Of a stretch of DNA of 64,000 bases, positions 46,336-57,485 are shown piece after piece; the stretch's first letter is position 1, and every line of letters starts with the position of its first letter. Source of the DNA: Malacoraja senta (Eukaryota); NCBI GenBank assembly GCA_038087875.1, contig CM075993.1, positions 4,590,001 to 4,654,000 of the forward strand. The letters are read 5' to 3'. The position numbers and the translations under genes were made by a program. The notes under the pieces were generated by a model, which did no database searches, was not told the DNA's origin, and saw only the letters and a program-made list of their open reading frames with translations.

Positions 46336-49300
46336 ATGGTCATGAGTGTCATGAGCGTAAATTCTTCAAAAGAAGCAGCAATTATATGGACACACTGATC
46401 TGTTCTGTAGTCATGCCTACTATGTTCTGTTGTGCTGAAGCAAAGCAAGAATTTCATTGTCCTATCAGGGACACATGACAATAAACTCTCTTGAATCTGG
46501 AATCTCTTGAATTAATGCACATAATATCCTGCTTTGTGAAAATCAGCCCTTCTTGTCCTATAAAGGACATTCAAACGGCTATTTTTTTGGCGATTTCTAG
46601 ATCAGCATTCTATTCACTACCAAAAGGCTGCATTACAAAATAGAAATTTAGGACTAGATAAGAAGTACATCCCACATTGAAATAGTTATAAATTGAAATA
46701 GGTTAAATGATCATAATGGATGATGGCTATCACAAGCTACATAGAAGTGCTTTTCTGTCAAACAAGCTTGAAAAGAGAAATAAATGAATGTAAATGTTTT
46801 AATGTAAAGAACTGTGATTAATAATTCAACAGGGATAAATAAACAATGTGCATAGAATTTCAAATGAATGCAACGACATATTATGCCAATATGTGCCATG
46901 GCCTCATTTCTCGATAGCAATGGTTACTTAATTATGTGTTAGTCATAACATGGAAATACAACATTTCAGCCCAACTCCTCCATTCCGACCAATATGCCCT
47001 ATTTAAGCTCGTCCCATTTGCCTGTATTTGGCACAGATCTCTCTAAACCTCTCTTACTAGTTCTAATATTCCACTTTCCTACTGTATTAAACATCACTTC
47101 AGCATTAGAAATTCAGATACAGAATATATGTACTTCTGAAGAATGACTATTAATATTTTGCTTGCATCTTATACTGGTGTGTAGACTTAACTTTATCTAA
47201 GCAGAATTAATATAATATAAGACGATTAAATATGTCAAGTCTCAATCAAGCCAGCTGAATCTAAGGGTCTGAAGAAGAGTCCTGACCCAAAACATCACCA
47301 ATCTATGTTCTCCAGAGATGCTGCCTGACCTGCTGAGTTACTCCAGCACGTTGTGTCTTTTTTTCCAGCTGCATCTAAACAATGTCACACACCAGATGGA
47401 GTTGGTTCATAATCCCACGTTGTGTGTACGGTTAAATTTGGCAAAGATTTTTAGAAATCAATTTCAATCAGGGAAACAAACCTCTGTAAAGACACCTGAT
47501 TTATTCCTTTGGGTGTCCAGAGTGGACATAACCCTGAGCTGTTCACCCGTGCTGTGACTTCCAAATGTTATCTTTATATTGTGGATGCAAGGAACTGCAG
47601 ATGCTGGTCTACAAAAAAGACACTAGGTGCTGCAGTACATCAGCAGGTCTTGCAGCATCTTTGGAGAGCATGGATAGGTGACATTTCGAGTCGGGACCCT
47701 TCTTCAGACTTTCTATATGTGGGACCCTTCTTCGGACTTCGTTTCTCTTTATATTTCCTACTCTTTGTCCATATTTTAATGTTCTAGAAATATTACCAGC
47801 TCAATTTTTTTTGTATTCTCACATTCTGTGACTTGTAGTCGGACAATCATTAAGCTAAACACACTGGACAAATGGAAATGTTTGCATTTATATCCATTTA
47901 TAAGCATGTAGGTAGTGCATGTTGAGGTATATTGGACACCAGCTATCTATTTTCTCAACACTGAGATTTGGCACAAAGTGGAAAATGGTCAACTTGATTC
48001 TCAGTTAAGTGCTTGTGAAAGGCTTGATCACAGACGATCCATGGTTGAGTTGAAGGCTCATTGTTACCTTTGCAGGGCAGAGGTCAACAAACATAGCCCT
48101 GTAAGCAAAGATCATGCTGTAAGTGCAACCTATATCTTGTGACCAGGTATTTCAAGAATGTCTACCTTATACAGTGTGCCTGGCCGAATGAGAAAAGACT
48201 TGGGACTGTCAGAAGAGGCAATTGAAGTGATTCTTAAAATTGAAGGAGAAACAAAATAAAATGTAATTCAATTAGCAAAATAAAGCACTTGGGGAAGTCT
48301 AGGTGTCCGTCTGCCTCCATTAGCCCCATTCCCTGTGGCAGACCCGGTTGAAAGCTAACACGGAGAGGCTGCGTGAACAGGATAAGGCTGGCCCCAGGTG
48401 GTTTCCAGTGCTAAATGACAGATTAAAGTCAGTACAACTAATTTCTTCACTTTAATCTTATTAGAGTAATAACAGCTGTCAACTGTCACCATTTGCATAC
48501 AAGCCCTAAAATGACAAGTCCTAAATGACAATCGCAAAGTACCCCTTCCTTTTCATGAATCTCGCACTTCTCATGAATACGTCCCAATTCTCAACACGGT
48601 CACTGTAAATGAAGCAGAATATTTAACGATTTTTCACCCAAATATCAAATGAAATTAAGTGGCTCCCTGAAATAATAACACAATGGAGCTTCTCAAATTC
48701 TGATACTCATTTATATTTGTTTTTCATTGTACTGGTCTGGTTTCAGAAGGATTTTTGATCAAAATAGTTATGATTTCAAGGTAAATTCTAAGATTCAGTC
48801 TCATCATTTAAGCTGCTGTTTCAGTGAAATATGGTGACGGCATCGGCTGATCAGAGATGCCGTTTTCCACACTGACAAAGACAATCCTATATTACTAAAA
48901 GACCAAAGGACTCTTCGACAATCCTGCTACATATTCCTCCATCAACCAAACAGACTGAAGCAATTACTTCACCATTATCTGGGATCTTGCTGCTTGCCAA
49001 ATCACCGCTAAGTGTAAAAATATTATGTTATGCCCTATATTTTTTAGAATTTTGATTAGCTATTGCTGTAATGATTTTTGGTGATATGTGCTTAAGCAGA
49101 CACGCTAGTCCCATCTTTCCTTCAACTAGCTGTTGTTTATATTAAAAGCTAGTAAAATGAAAAGATATTGATAAAAAAAAGCCGTAGATGTTGAGGAATT
49201 GATTGGAAAACCACCGACTCCCACTCCATCCTGACAGCAACTACATAAAAGGTTTGCAACAGAAATCAGTGATTTATTTTCTTTCACAGGCAAGAAAAAT

Positions 49301-49344
49301 ATATGCAATTATCATACATAGCAGGTTTGCATGCAGCACATGAT

Positions 49345-49652
49345 TAGTTTCGTTTCGAGATACAGCGTGGAAACAGGCCCTTCGGCCCACAGAGCCCGCA
49401 CCGACCAGAGATCCCCGCATATTAACACTACCCTACACACACTAGGGACGATTTTTTTAACATTTGCACCAAGCCAATTAATCCACAAACCAGAAAGTCT
49501 TTGGAGTGTGGGAGGAAACCGAAGATCTCGGAGAAAACCCACGTAGGTCACAGGGAGAACATACAAACTGTGTACAGACAAGCATCCGTAGTCAGGATCG
49601 AACCTGGGTCTCTGGCGCTGTAAGGCAGTAGCTCTATGCCACCGTGTTGCCC
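49345..49652 (-). mobile_element. HE1-type V-SINE
   Basis: Reverse complement of the full consensus. Confidence 0.88.
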
Positions 49653-49899
49653 TCTTTGACTAATCTTTACATTTATTTTTGAAATTCCATGCCACTCTAA
49701 TTTCCAATATTCATCAACTCCCAATCTTATTTTTTTAGTTTTGACTAAATGAAAACAATAAACTGCAGCTTTTTCACTTTATAAAAAAGATGGTGTGTTC
49801 ACTATGAAGAGGGATTTCAGTACAGTGGAACTAGACAACTTTCTAATACATGTGAATGGCACTAATTGTAGGTGCAGGTGTCCATCTTCAAGTTGGTCC

Positions 49900-50099
49900 N
49901 NNNNNNNNNNNNNNNNNNNNNNNNNNNNNNNNNNNNNNNNNNNNNNNNNNNNNNNNNNNNNNNNNNNNNNNNNNNNNNNNNNNNNNNNNNNNNNNNNNNN
50001 NNNNNNNNNNNNNNNNNNNNNNNNNNNNNNNNNNNNNNNNNNNNNNNNNNNNNNNNNNNNNNNNNNNNNNNNNNNNNNNNNNNNNNNNNNNNNNNNNNN
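49900..50099. other. Assembly gap (200 N)
   Basis: Run of N characters. Confidence 1.
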
Positions 50100-50110
50100 T
50101 AGTGATATTA

Positions 50111-51108
50111 TTGTGTAAGAAGGAACTGCAGATGCTGGTTTAAACCGAAGATAGACACAAAAAGCTGGAGTAACTCAGCGGGACAGGCAGCATCTCTGGA
50201 GAGAGGGAATGGGTGACGTTTCGGGTCGAGGCCCTTCTTCAGACTGGTTAGGGATAAGGGAAATGAGAGATATAGACAGTGATGTGGAGAGATAAAGAAC
50301 AAGTGAAAGTATCAATGATAAAGGAAACATGCCACTGTTAGCTGTTTGTAGGGTGAAAATAAGAAACTAGTGCAACTTGGGTGGGGGAGGGATAGAGAGA
50401 GAGGGAATGCTGGGGCTACCTGAAGTGAGAGAAATCAATATTCATACCATTAGGCTGTAAGGTGCCCAAACAAAATGTGAGATGCTGTTCCTCCAATTTG
50501 CATTTAGCCTCACTCTGACAATGGAGGAGACCGAGGACAGGAAGGTCTGTGTGGGAATGGGAAGGAGAATTAAAGTGTCCAGCAACCGGGAGATCAGGTT
50601 GGTTCAAGCAGGCTGAGCGAAGGTGTTCCGCGAAACGATCGCCCAGTCTGCGTTTGGTCTCGCTGATGCATAAGAGTCTGCATCTTGAACAATGGATACA
50701 GATGAGGTTGGAGGAGGTGCAAATGAACCTCTGCCTAACCTGAAAGGACGGTCGGGGTCCCTGGACAGAGTTGAGGGAGGAGGTATAGCGACAGGTGTTG
50801 CATCTTCTGCGGTTGTGGGGAAGGTACCTGGGGAGGGGGTGGTTTGGGTGGAAAGGGATGAGATAACCAGGGAGTTGTGGAGGGAAGGGTCTCTGCGGAA
50901 GGCGGAAAGGGGTGGAGTTGAGACTAGGGGGAGGGGGAGCAAGGGTGGAGCTGGCGGGTACCGAGGAGACACAAGTGAGGGCCTCATCTATGATGGGAGA
51001 GGGGAACTCCCGTTCCCTATAGAATGAGGACATTTCAGATGTTCTAGTATGGAACACCTCATGTGCCTGCCATTGGTGTAAACCAGCATCTGCAGTTTCT
51101 TCATACAC
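50111..51108 (-). mobile_element. 5'-truncated Penelope-like (Neptune-like) retroelement: Cys-rich linker, GIY-YIG endonuclease and pLTR
   Basis: ORF 50416-51135: RRCNTC…F.CTSSNLI-CIHCSRC.LLCISETKRRLGDRFAEHLRS…VAGHFN…EEQH..F.LGTLQPNGMN; hammerhead at 50211-50245; short inverted tail copy at 51073-51108. Confidence 0.88.
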
Positions 51109-51404
51109 AATAATAGCTATACTGTTTGCCAACATAACCGATCATTTTATTTCAAAAATAAATAAAATGTATGTCCCATTTAAAGAAGGTTCAATGTGAT
51201 GTTATTTAAAAAACACATTTTTTCAACATTTCCTTTCGAAGTAAACAAATACCAGCCAGCCCCTTTCCAAAAATATTCCTTGATTCCTGGACCAAACTGC
51301 GACATCACAGTTAACACTAACAAGGCAACAAGTTGGATTCGAATAAACAGCATCTGGGCCTCTAACATCAGTCAGAATTATTTTTCCCAGGAAGGAAGAT
51401 TTAA

Positions 51405-51695
51405 ATATTAGAGGGTATAAGTTTGAGGTGAGAAGGGCAAAGTTTAAAGTAGATGTGTGGGGCAGGTTATTTTTTTACACACAGAGTGGTGAGTGCTGGA
51501 GCGTGTTGTCGAGGGTGGTGGTTGAAGCAGATAAGTCAGTGGCATTTAAAAGACTTTTGTATCGGCATATGGATATGCAAGGAATGGATGGATATGGGTT
51601 ATGTGTAGGTATATGTGATGGTCTTGGCTTCATGTTGGGCATGGACATTGAAGGCTAAAGGGCCTGTTCTCGTGCTGCATTGTTCCATGTCTAAA
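51405..51695 (+). mobile_element. CR1/HER1-type LINE 3' end (diverged)
   Basis: agagggtataagtttgaggtgagaagggcaaagtttaaag…ggctaaagggcctgttctcgtgctg. Confidence 0.75.
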
Positions 51696-51721
51696 CTTAA
51701 TCATGTATGACATTTGTGTAT

Positions 51722-51933
51722 TTAAGAAGGAACTGCAGATGCTGGAAAATCGAAGGTAGACAAAAGTGCTGGAGAAACTCAGCGGGTGCAGCAGCATCTA
51801 TGAAGCGAAGGATATAGGCAACGTTTCGGGCGGAAACCCTTCTTCAGACTGTTTCGGCCCGAAACGTTGCCTATTTCCTTCGCTCCATAGATGCTGCTGC
51901 ACCCGCTGAGTTTCTCCAGCACTTTTGTCTACC
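51722..51933. mobile_element. Penelope-derived palindromic mini-element with 16-bp imperfect TSD
   Basis: tatgacatttgtgtat (51706-51721) / tatgacagttttgtat (51934-51949); near-perfect arms of about 80 bp meet at the hammerhead. Confidence 0.87.
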
Positions 51934-53682
51934 TATGACAGTTTTGTATACAGAGTATGTAATCAATATCCATTCTTGCAGAGCAACTTATTAAGCTCAG
52001 TAAAATGATTTTGTTTTATGAATTAGCTGGCTTTAAATTTATTTGGACACTCGCATTGAATGTTTTAGATTCAAGCAAACGTTATCAAAGAAAGAAAGGA
52101 TTGAGTTGGTGAGTATTACAAGTTACAACTTGCACCCTTCTGAAACACCTAGATTATCACTCACATTTTCACTGAATGTGAAAAGAACTTTCCAAGAACT
52201 GCCTCAGTAAAATTTAAAATACGATGATCTCATTTTTCAGGTCTAAAATGGCCGCGACGTTGACCGATTTAGTAGTGAGAGCATTTGTACGCAGGCTGTG
52301 CGAGCGTTCAGCTTACTGCTAAATTTCTCGGTACACTTGGCAGCCGCCTTAAACAGGTGCTCTGCCCCCTTGCATAAGATCCAGCTGAAGGATTTCCCTG
52401 GAAGAATATGGACTTTTTTTTAATGGAAATGTCAAGGAAATACAAATGCTCGAGTTGGTTAAAAAGTAATAAAAATAATTCAATAATGGGTTCGGACATA
52501 ACTTAAGCCTGCAGCTTGGAAAGGAAACGGAGACCGTCCGTCTGCAGAGAACAGATTGAGGATGACAGCTGAGCAGCTGATCCTCGAGGGACTGCTTCAC
52601 ATATACCCACAAGAGCGAGCGAGAAATGAGGGAGAAAGTGGGGGTAGAGAGAATGGAAAGTTACTGGAAGTTCAGTTTCAGTTTGGTTTATTGTCACGTG
52701 TACCGAGGCACAGTGAAAAGCTTTTTGTTGCGTGCTAACCAGTCAGCAGAAAGACAATACATGCTTTAACTGGGTCTGTGTGGAGTTTGCATGTTCACTG
52801 TGTGGCTTTCTTTCAGGGGCCTTATTTCCTGTCAAAGGTGCATGGGATAATTGCCCACTGTGAACTGCCCCAAGAATGTAGCTGAGATGTAGAACCTGGG
52901 GGGAGCTGAAGAGACTATAAAGAGGATAAAAAGTGGGATTAGTGCAGTATAGTAATGTAGGATTAATATGAGAAGCCTCACAGGTAAAACGGATGATCTG
53001 AGAGCATGGATTAGAACATGGGATGATGATATTATTGCAACAATGGGAAGGTGGTTGAGGCAAGGGTAGGACTGGCAGCTCAATGTCCCAGCCAGGGTAT
53101 AGATGTGCAAGGTATGATAGAAGAGGTGCAAAAGCAGAGGCGGATGTTACATCACTGACCAGGTAGAGCATCATGTTAGTCCTCAAGGAGGATATCCTGG
53201 GGGGGGGGGGGGGGGGGGGTAGGGATAACTGATGAGAATTTCATTTGGACAAATGTGAAGTAATGCACTTTGTGCAGTTAAACTCTGCTCAGACATATAG
53301 AGTAAATGGCAGGGACCTGAGGAACATTGATGTACTGAGGGACCTCGGGTAACAAATCCATAGTTCACTGAAAATGGGGAAACAGGCGGATAGGGTAGTG
53401 AAGACATTTGGTAACTTTACTTTCATAGGTCAAGGTATTGAGTATAAGAGCTCAGACATTATACTGCAGCGCGGATAGGGTAGTGAAGACATTTGGTAAG
53501 GTGGAGCAGGAAAACAAACGGCAGGAAGAACTCAGTGGGTCAGGCAGAGGATTGGACAACATTTTGGGTCAAGACCCAGCATCCTGATGCACAAGAAGAT
53601 GACATTACAAGTGACTATGATGTTGATCAGAAAATAGACACAAACTGCTGGAGTTAACTCAGGCAGCATTTCTGGATAGTAA

Positions 53683-54216
53683 AGGGGGTGTCCCACTTGG
53701 GCGTCCTAATTGGCGAGATTAGAAGAGTTTGAAAAAATGACATGTTGAAGACCTCCTTTGACTATGTAGAAGACCACCTTCGACCTCCTTCGATTATGTT
53801 GAAGACTAGCTTCGACTAACTTCGGGAAAATTGGACACCGAATTGTGGAGAGTGAAGACGACCTCCTTCGATCTCCTTCGACCTCCCTTTGACTATGATG
53901 AAGACTATCTACGACTACCTTCGACTACCCTCGATTACCTACGACTAATGTGCCAACTTAATACGACTAAACCTTCGAATAAAAAAAGTATTGATTTTTT
54001 TCTATGGTGACCTTTTTTTACTTGCGGGCATTTTTAAAACATATTGAAAAAAACGCCGCGACCTAGCTGAGGCCTCGAGTACGCGGAGACCACTCTCGAG
54101 CATGAAGGAGAGTTACAAAGACCTCCTACGACCTCGTGTCGACCATGCTGCGAGTATGAGTCAAGGGCAAACTCGCCAGAACTCGTGGATTAAGTCGCCC
54201 AAGTGGGACAGGCCCT
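53683..54216. mobile_element. PIF/Harbinger-like MITE with internal (cgacctcctt)-type repeats, inserted into a Penelope pLTR arm
   Basis: agggggtgtcccacttgggcg…cgcccaagtgggacaggccct; TAA TSD; host reads gcagcatttctggatag|taa|ggaatacgtgacgtttt. Confidence 0.87.
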
Positions 54217-55289
54217 TAAGGAATACGTGACGTTTTGGGTTGAGAGCCTTCTTCAGTTGATCAGAATGGATGCTAATGGAGAAAACAGACTCAGCGTTTT
54301 AGGAAGAGAATTTCCCAATTAACACTAACTCACGGAGGCTTGCCTGATTGCTGTGCAGTGAATAAAAACTATGCAGGTGCAAAATGGTGGAAGTGAAGGT
54401 GCATTGACATTTCAAAGGAAATTACAGAGTAATTAAGTCATGAATACTTAATCGACCCTTTATTTATTTTCTGAAGTTACAGGAATATTAATGCAGGTCT
54501 TGTAAAGTTGTGGCGATCACAAAATTAACTTGCTAGATACATTAAGGATAATGGTCAAGCATTACACTGGGTGTGTGAATACTGTGCTGAAGGAGCTGGC
54601 TGCACTATCACCACATGAAGCCAATATAAAAGCTGCTACTGATGCAATATTCCAGGAATTAAGCAGCACACCACTTAGGCTGATTAGTGCAGCCACTTTA
54701 AAACATTTAGCATAGTATATGATGGGGGGGAAGCAAAGTCCAGAAGTACTTCCCCATCTATTAGGATTAAGAGTCATGAGGGAGGTTGTCAGCAGCTGCA
54801 TGTGTAGCTGGTGGAGAACAGAGGAGGTGAAGCAATGTTTCAAACATCATTTACAATTCCCTGGTCCAGTACTGCAACAAAAACAAGTACCTCGTACAAT
54901 TTTATGAGCGTCAACATTTAAAGTAAGAAATCAAAGCAGCCGAGGAATTAACAGCACAGGAACTACCTTACACTGTTGCTGCCTTCTGGACATGGGCACA
55001 GAGAAGTTGACTGGAGCCCATTTAGATACTTGGTGTAAATGGCCCAAGAAATATAACCATACAGACTATGCAGACTTTCAAACAGTAGTTTGAAAGAATT
55101 AAATCAAGATTTCTCAATATAAAATGATAAGATGGTTCTAGTGGCGAGATGAACCTCATTTGCACCCTCTCCAAAGCCTCCCCATTTTTTTCTTCTAAAA
55201 GCGGCGATCAGATCTCCAAATGTGGCTTAATAACCGCTTTATACAGCTGCAATACGACCTGCCAACATTTATTCTCGATGTTTTGACTG

Positions 55290-55545
55290 ATAGTCAATAG
55301 ATAATAGGTGCAGGAGTAGGCTATTCGGCCCTTCGAGCCAGCACCGCCATTCAATGTGATCATGGCTGATCATCCCCAATCAGTACCCCGTTCCTGCCTT
55401 CTCCCCATACCCCCTGACTCTGCTATTTTTAAGAGCCCTATCTAGCTCTCTCTTGAAAGCATCCAGAGAACCTGCCTCCACCGCCCTCTGAGGCAGAGAA
55501 TTCCACAGACTCACCACTCTCTGTGAGAAAAAGTGTTTCCTCGTC
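55290..55545 (-). mobile_element. CR1/HER1-type LINE 3' end
   Basis: Reverse complement of the 13221-13520 sequence type; resumes after the 55546 insertion (aaatggcttactccttatt). Confidence 0.85.
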
Positions 55546-55835
55546 TCTGTTTTTTTGTGTGCTGTGTCTGTTGGTCTGTGTTCAAGATGGCGGTCGGAGG
55601 GGAGAGTGGACGCTGGCGCGAATTGGTCGCCGCTGCTCTCTCCTCAAATTGTGTTTCTTATTTTCTTTTTGTGCTTTTGAAATTGAATTCTGTCCTTGAT
55701 TTGTGTACTGTGGTGTTTTTATATTTAATTTATTCCGATTATGTGTTTTGTATTTTTGTGATTCTATGCCTTGTAAGGTGTCCTTGGGTTTTAGAAAGGC
55801 GCCAGTAAATAAAATGAATTATTATTATTATTATT
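55546..55835 (+). mobile_element. Short element with L2-type 3' tail inserted in CR1
   Basis: Ends tgtaaggtgtccttggg…gaaaggcgccagtaaataaaatg(att)n; the same tail type occurs at 62158-62216. Confidence 0.65.
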
Positions 55836-56052
55836 AAATGGCTTACTCCTTATTGTTAAACTTAAATTGAAGACAAGTGAACCATATGCTTTCTATACCA
55901 CCCTATTAACTTGTGTTGCCTCTTTCAGCAAGTTATGGACTTGCATCCCAAGATACCAACTCTGCCCGGTTCCTTCCATATACAGAAAAACAAGCAATAT
56001 AGAATCGCTCATTCTTAAAAGTAAGCAAATGGCCTTGGTAGGCAATACTAAC

Positions 56053-56168
56053 TTGACTGGAATCCGAGGAGCAATGTTAGGACTGGAAACAGTGTTAACA
56101 ACGTGAAGGATCTGCTCCAGGGCAGTAAGACCTCCACCAACCTGGAATCCAATCTGATCTGCACTGTT
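56053..56168 (-). CDS. SCAPER: SCAPER internal coding exon (first in window; NSADQIGFQVGGGLTALEQILHVVNTVSSPNIAPRIPVK)
   Basis: Acceptor cttgcag|AAC, donor AA|gttagt; 116 nt, phase 0->2. The peptide resembles vertebrate SCAPER as recalled (ADQIAFQAAGGLTALEHIL...RIPPK) and joins in frame to the 42137 exon. Confidence 0.93.
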
Positions 56169-56754
56169 CTGCAAGAAAAGAAGAATAAAAGTCAAAAACA
56201 ATTACGCACTCAACACCACTTGCAGACAAAATTTCTTTTCTTTCAAATTTGCTTCCCTTAATAATCTACAAGAGAGTTGGAAGTCCTGCTGAAATTAGAT
56301 GATTTAAGTTATTCAAAAAGAGAAACCACTTAACTAACTACATTGAATTTAGAAACTCATTTTTGGTTATAATACAAAAAAGTTGTGCAAATCAAGGTGC
56401 ATTGAAAACAGCCATGGAATTACAGTTGCGTAACACACAATGGACTACCGTTTCAGCCTGAGTATCACTGCAAGACATCCCATAAACTAGTATAACACCT
56501 CTGTTCACAGTGAGCTGAAAATTTATTATAAAGTGTGTAAGAAGGAACTGCAGATGCTGGTTTACACCAAAGATGGACACAAAATGCTGGAGTCACTCAG
56601 CAGATCCGGCAGCATCTCGGGAGAAAAGGAATAGGAGACGTTTCAGGTCGAGACTCTTCATCAGTTTAAGAGACAGGGAGGGGGACACTGGAGGTATGGG
56701 AAGGTACAGAACAAAGCAGAGCCTGCATCGATGACTTATTCTAAAGTCCTGCTT

Positions 56755-57485
56755 TTAGAACATAGAACATTAAACAAAACAGCACCAGAACAGGCCCTTC
56801 GGCCCACAATATCTGTGCCGAACATGATGCCAAGTCCATCTCTTATCTGCTCCACATAATCCATATTCCTCCAATCCGTGCACATCAATGTGTCTAACTA
56901 AAAGTCTCTTAAATGCCATTATTGTATCTGCCTCAACACCAACCTCCAGCATCGTGTTCCAGGCACTCACCACCCTCGGAGTAAAAAAGTTGCCCTGCAC
57001 ATCTCCTTTAAACTTTGCTCCTCTCACCATAAAGTAATGCCCTCTAGTAATTGACGTTTCCATCTTGGGAAATAAGTTCTGACTGTCTACCCTATCTATG
57101 CCTCTCATAATGTTATATACTTCCATCAGGTCCCCCCACGTTCCAGAGAAACCAATCTAAGCCTGTCCAACCTCTCCCTGCAGCTGATACCCCCTAATCC
57201 AGGCATCATTCTGGAGAAGGGTTTCGGCCCGAAACGTTGCCTACTTCCTTCGCTCCATAGATGCTGCCTCACCCACTGAGTTTCTCCAGCACTTTTGTCT
57301 ACTATCATTCTGGTAAACCTCTGCACGCTTTCCAAAAACTCCTTATCCTTCCATTAGGACGCCCAGACATGCACGCAATACTCCAATGGCGGATTAACCA
57401 AGGTCCTATCATGCTGCATCATGACTTCCTGACGCATATGCTCAATGCCCCAACCTATGAAAGTAAGCATACCATATGCTTCATA
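56755..57485 (-). mobile_element. CR1/HER1-type LINE 3' fragment with a nested Penelope pLTR arm (57215-57302)
   Basis: EVYNIMRGIDRVDSQNLFP…TRGH.F.VRG.KF; nested arm flanked by atcattctgg duplication. Confidence 0.85.

Noticed and set aside
49795..50143. ORFs spanning poly-X
   Set aside because: Artefacts of the 200-N gap.
53740..53975. CRISPR-like or coding tandem repeats
   Set aside because: Degenerate repeats of about 10 bp with no spacers, inside a TIR-bounded MITE in a vertebrate intron.
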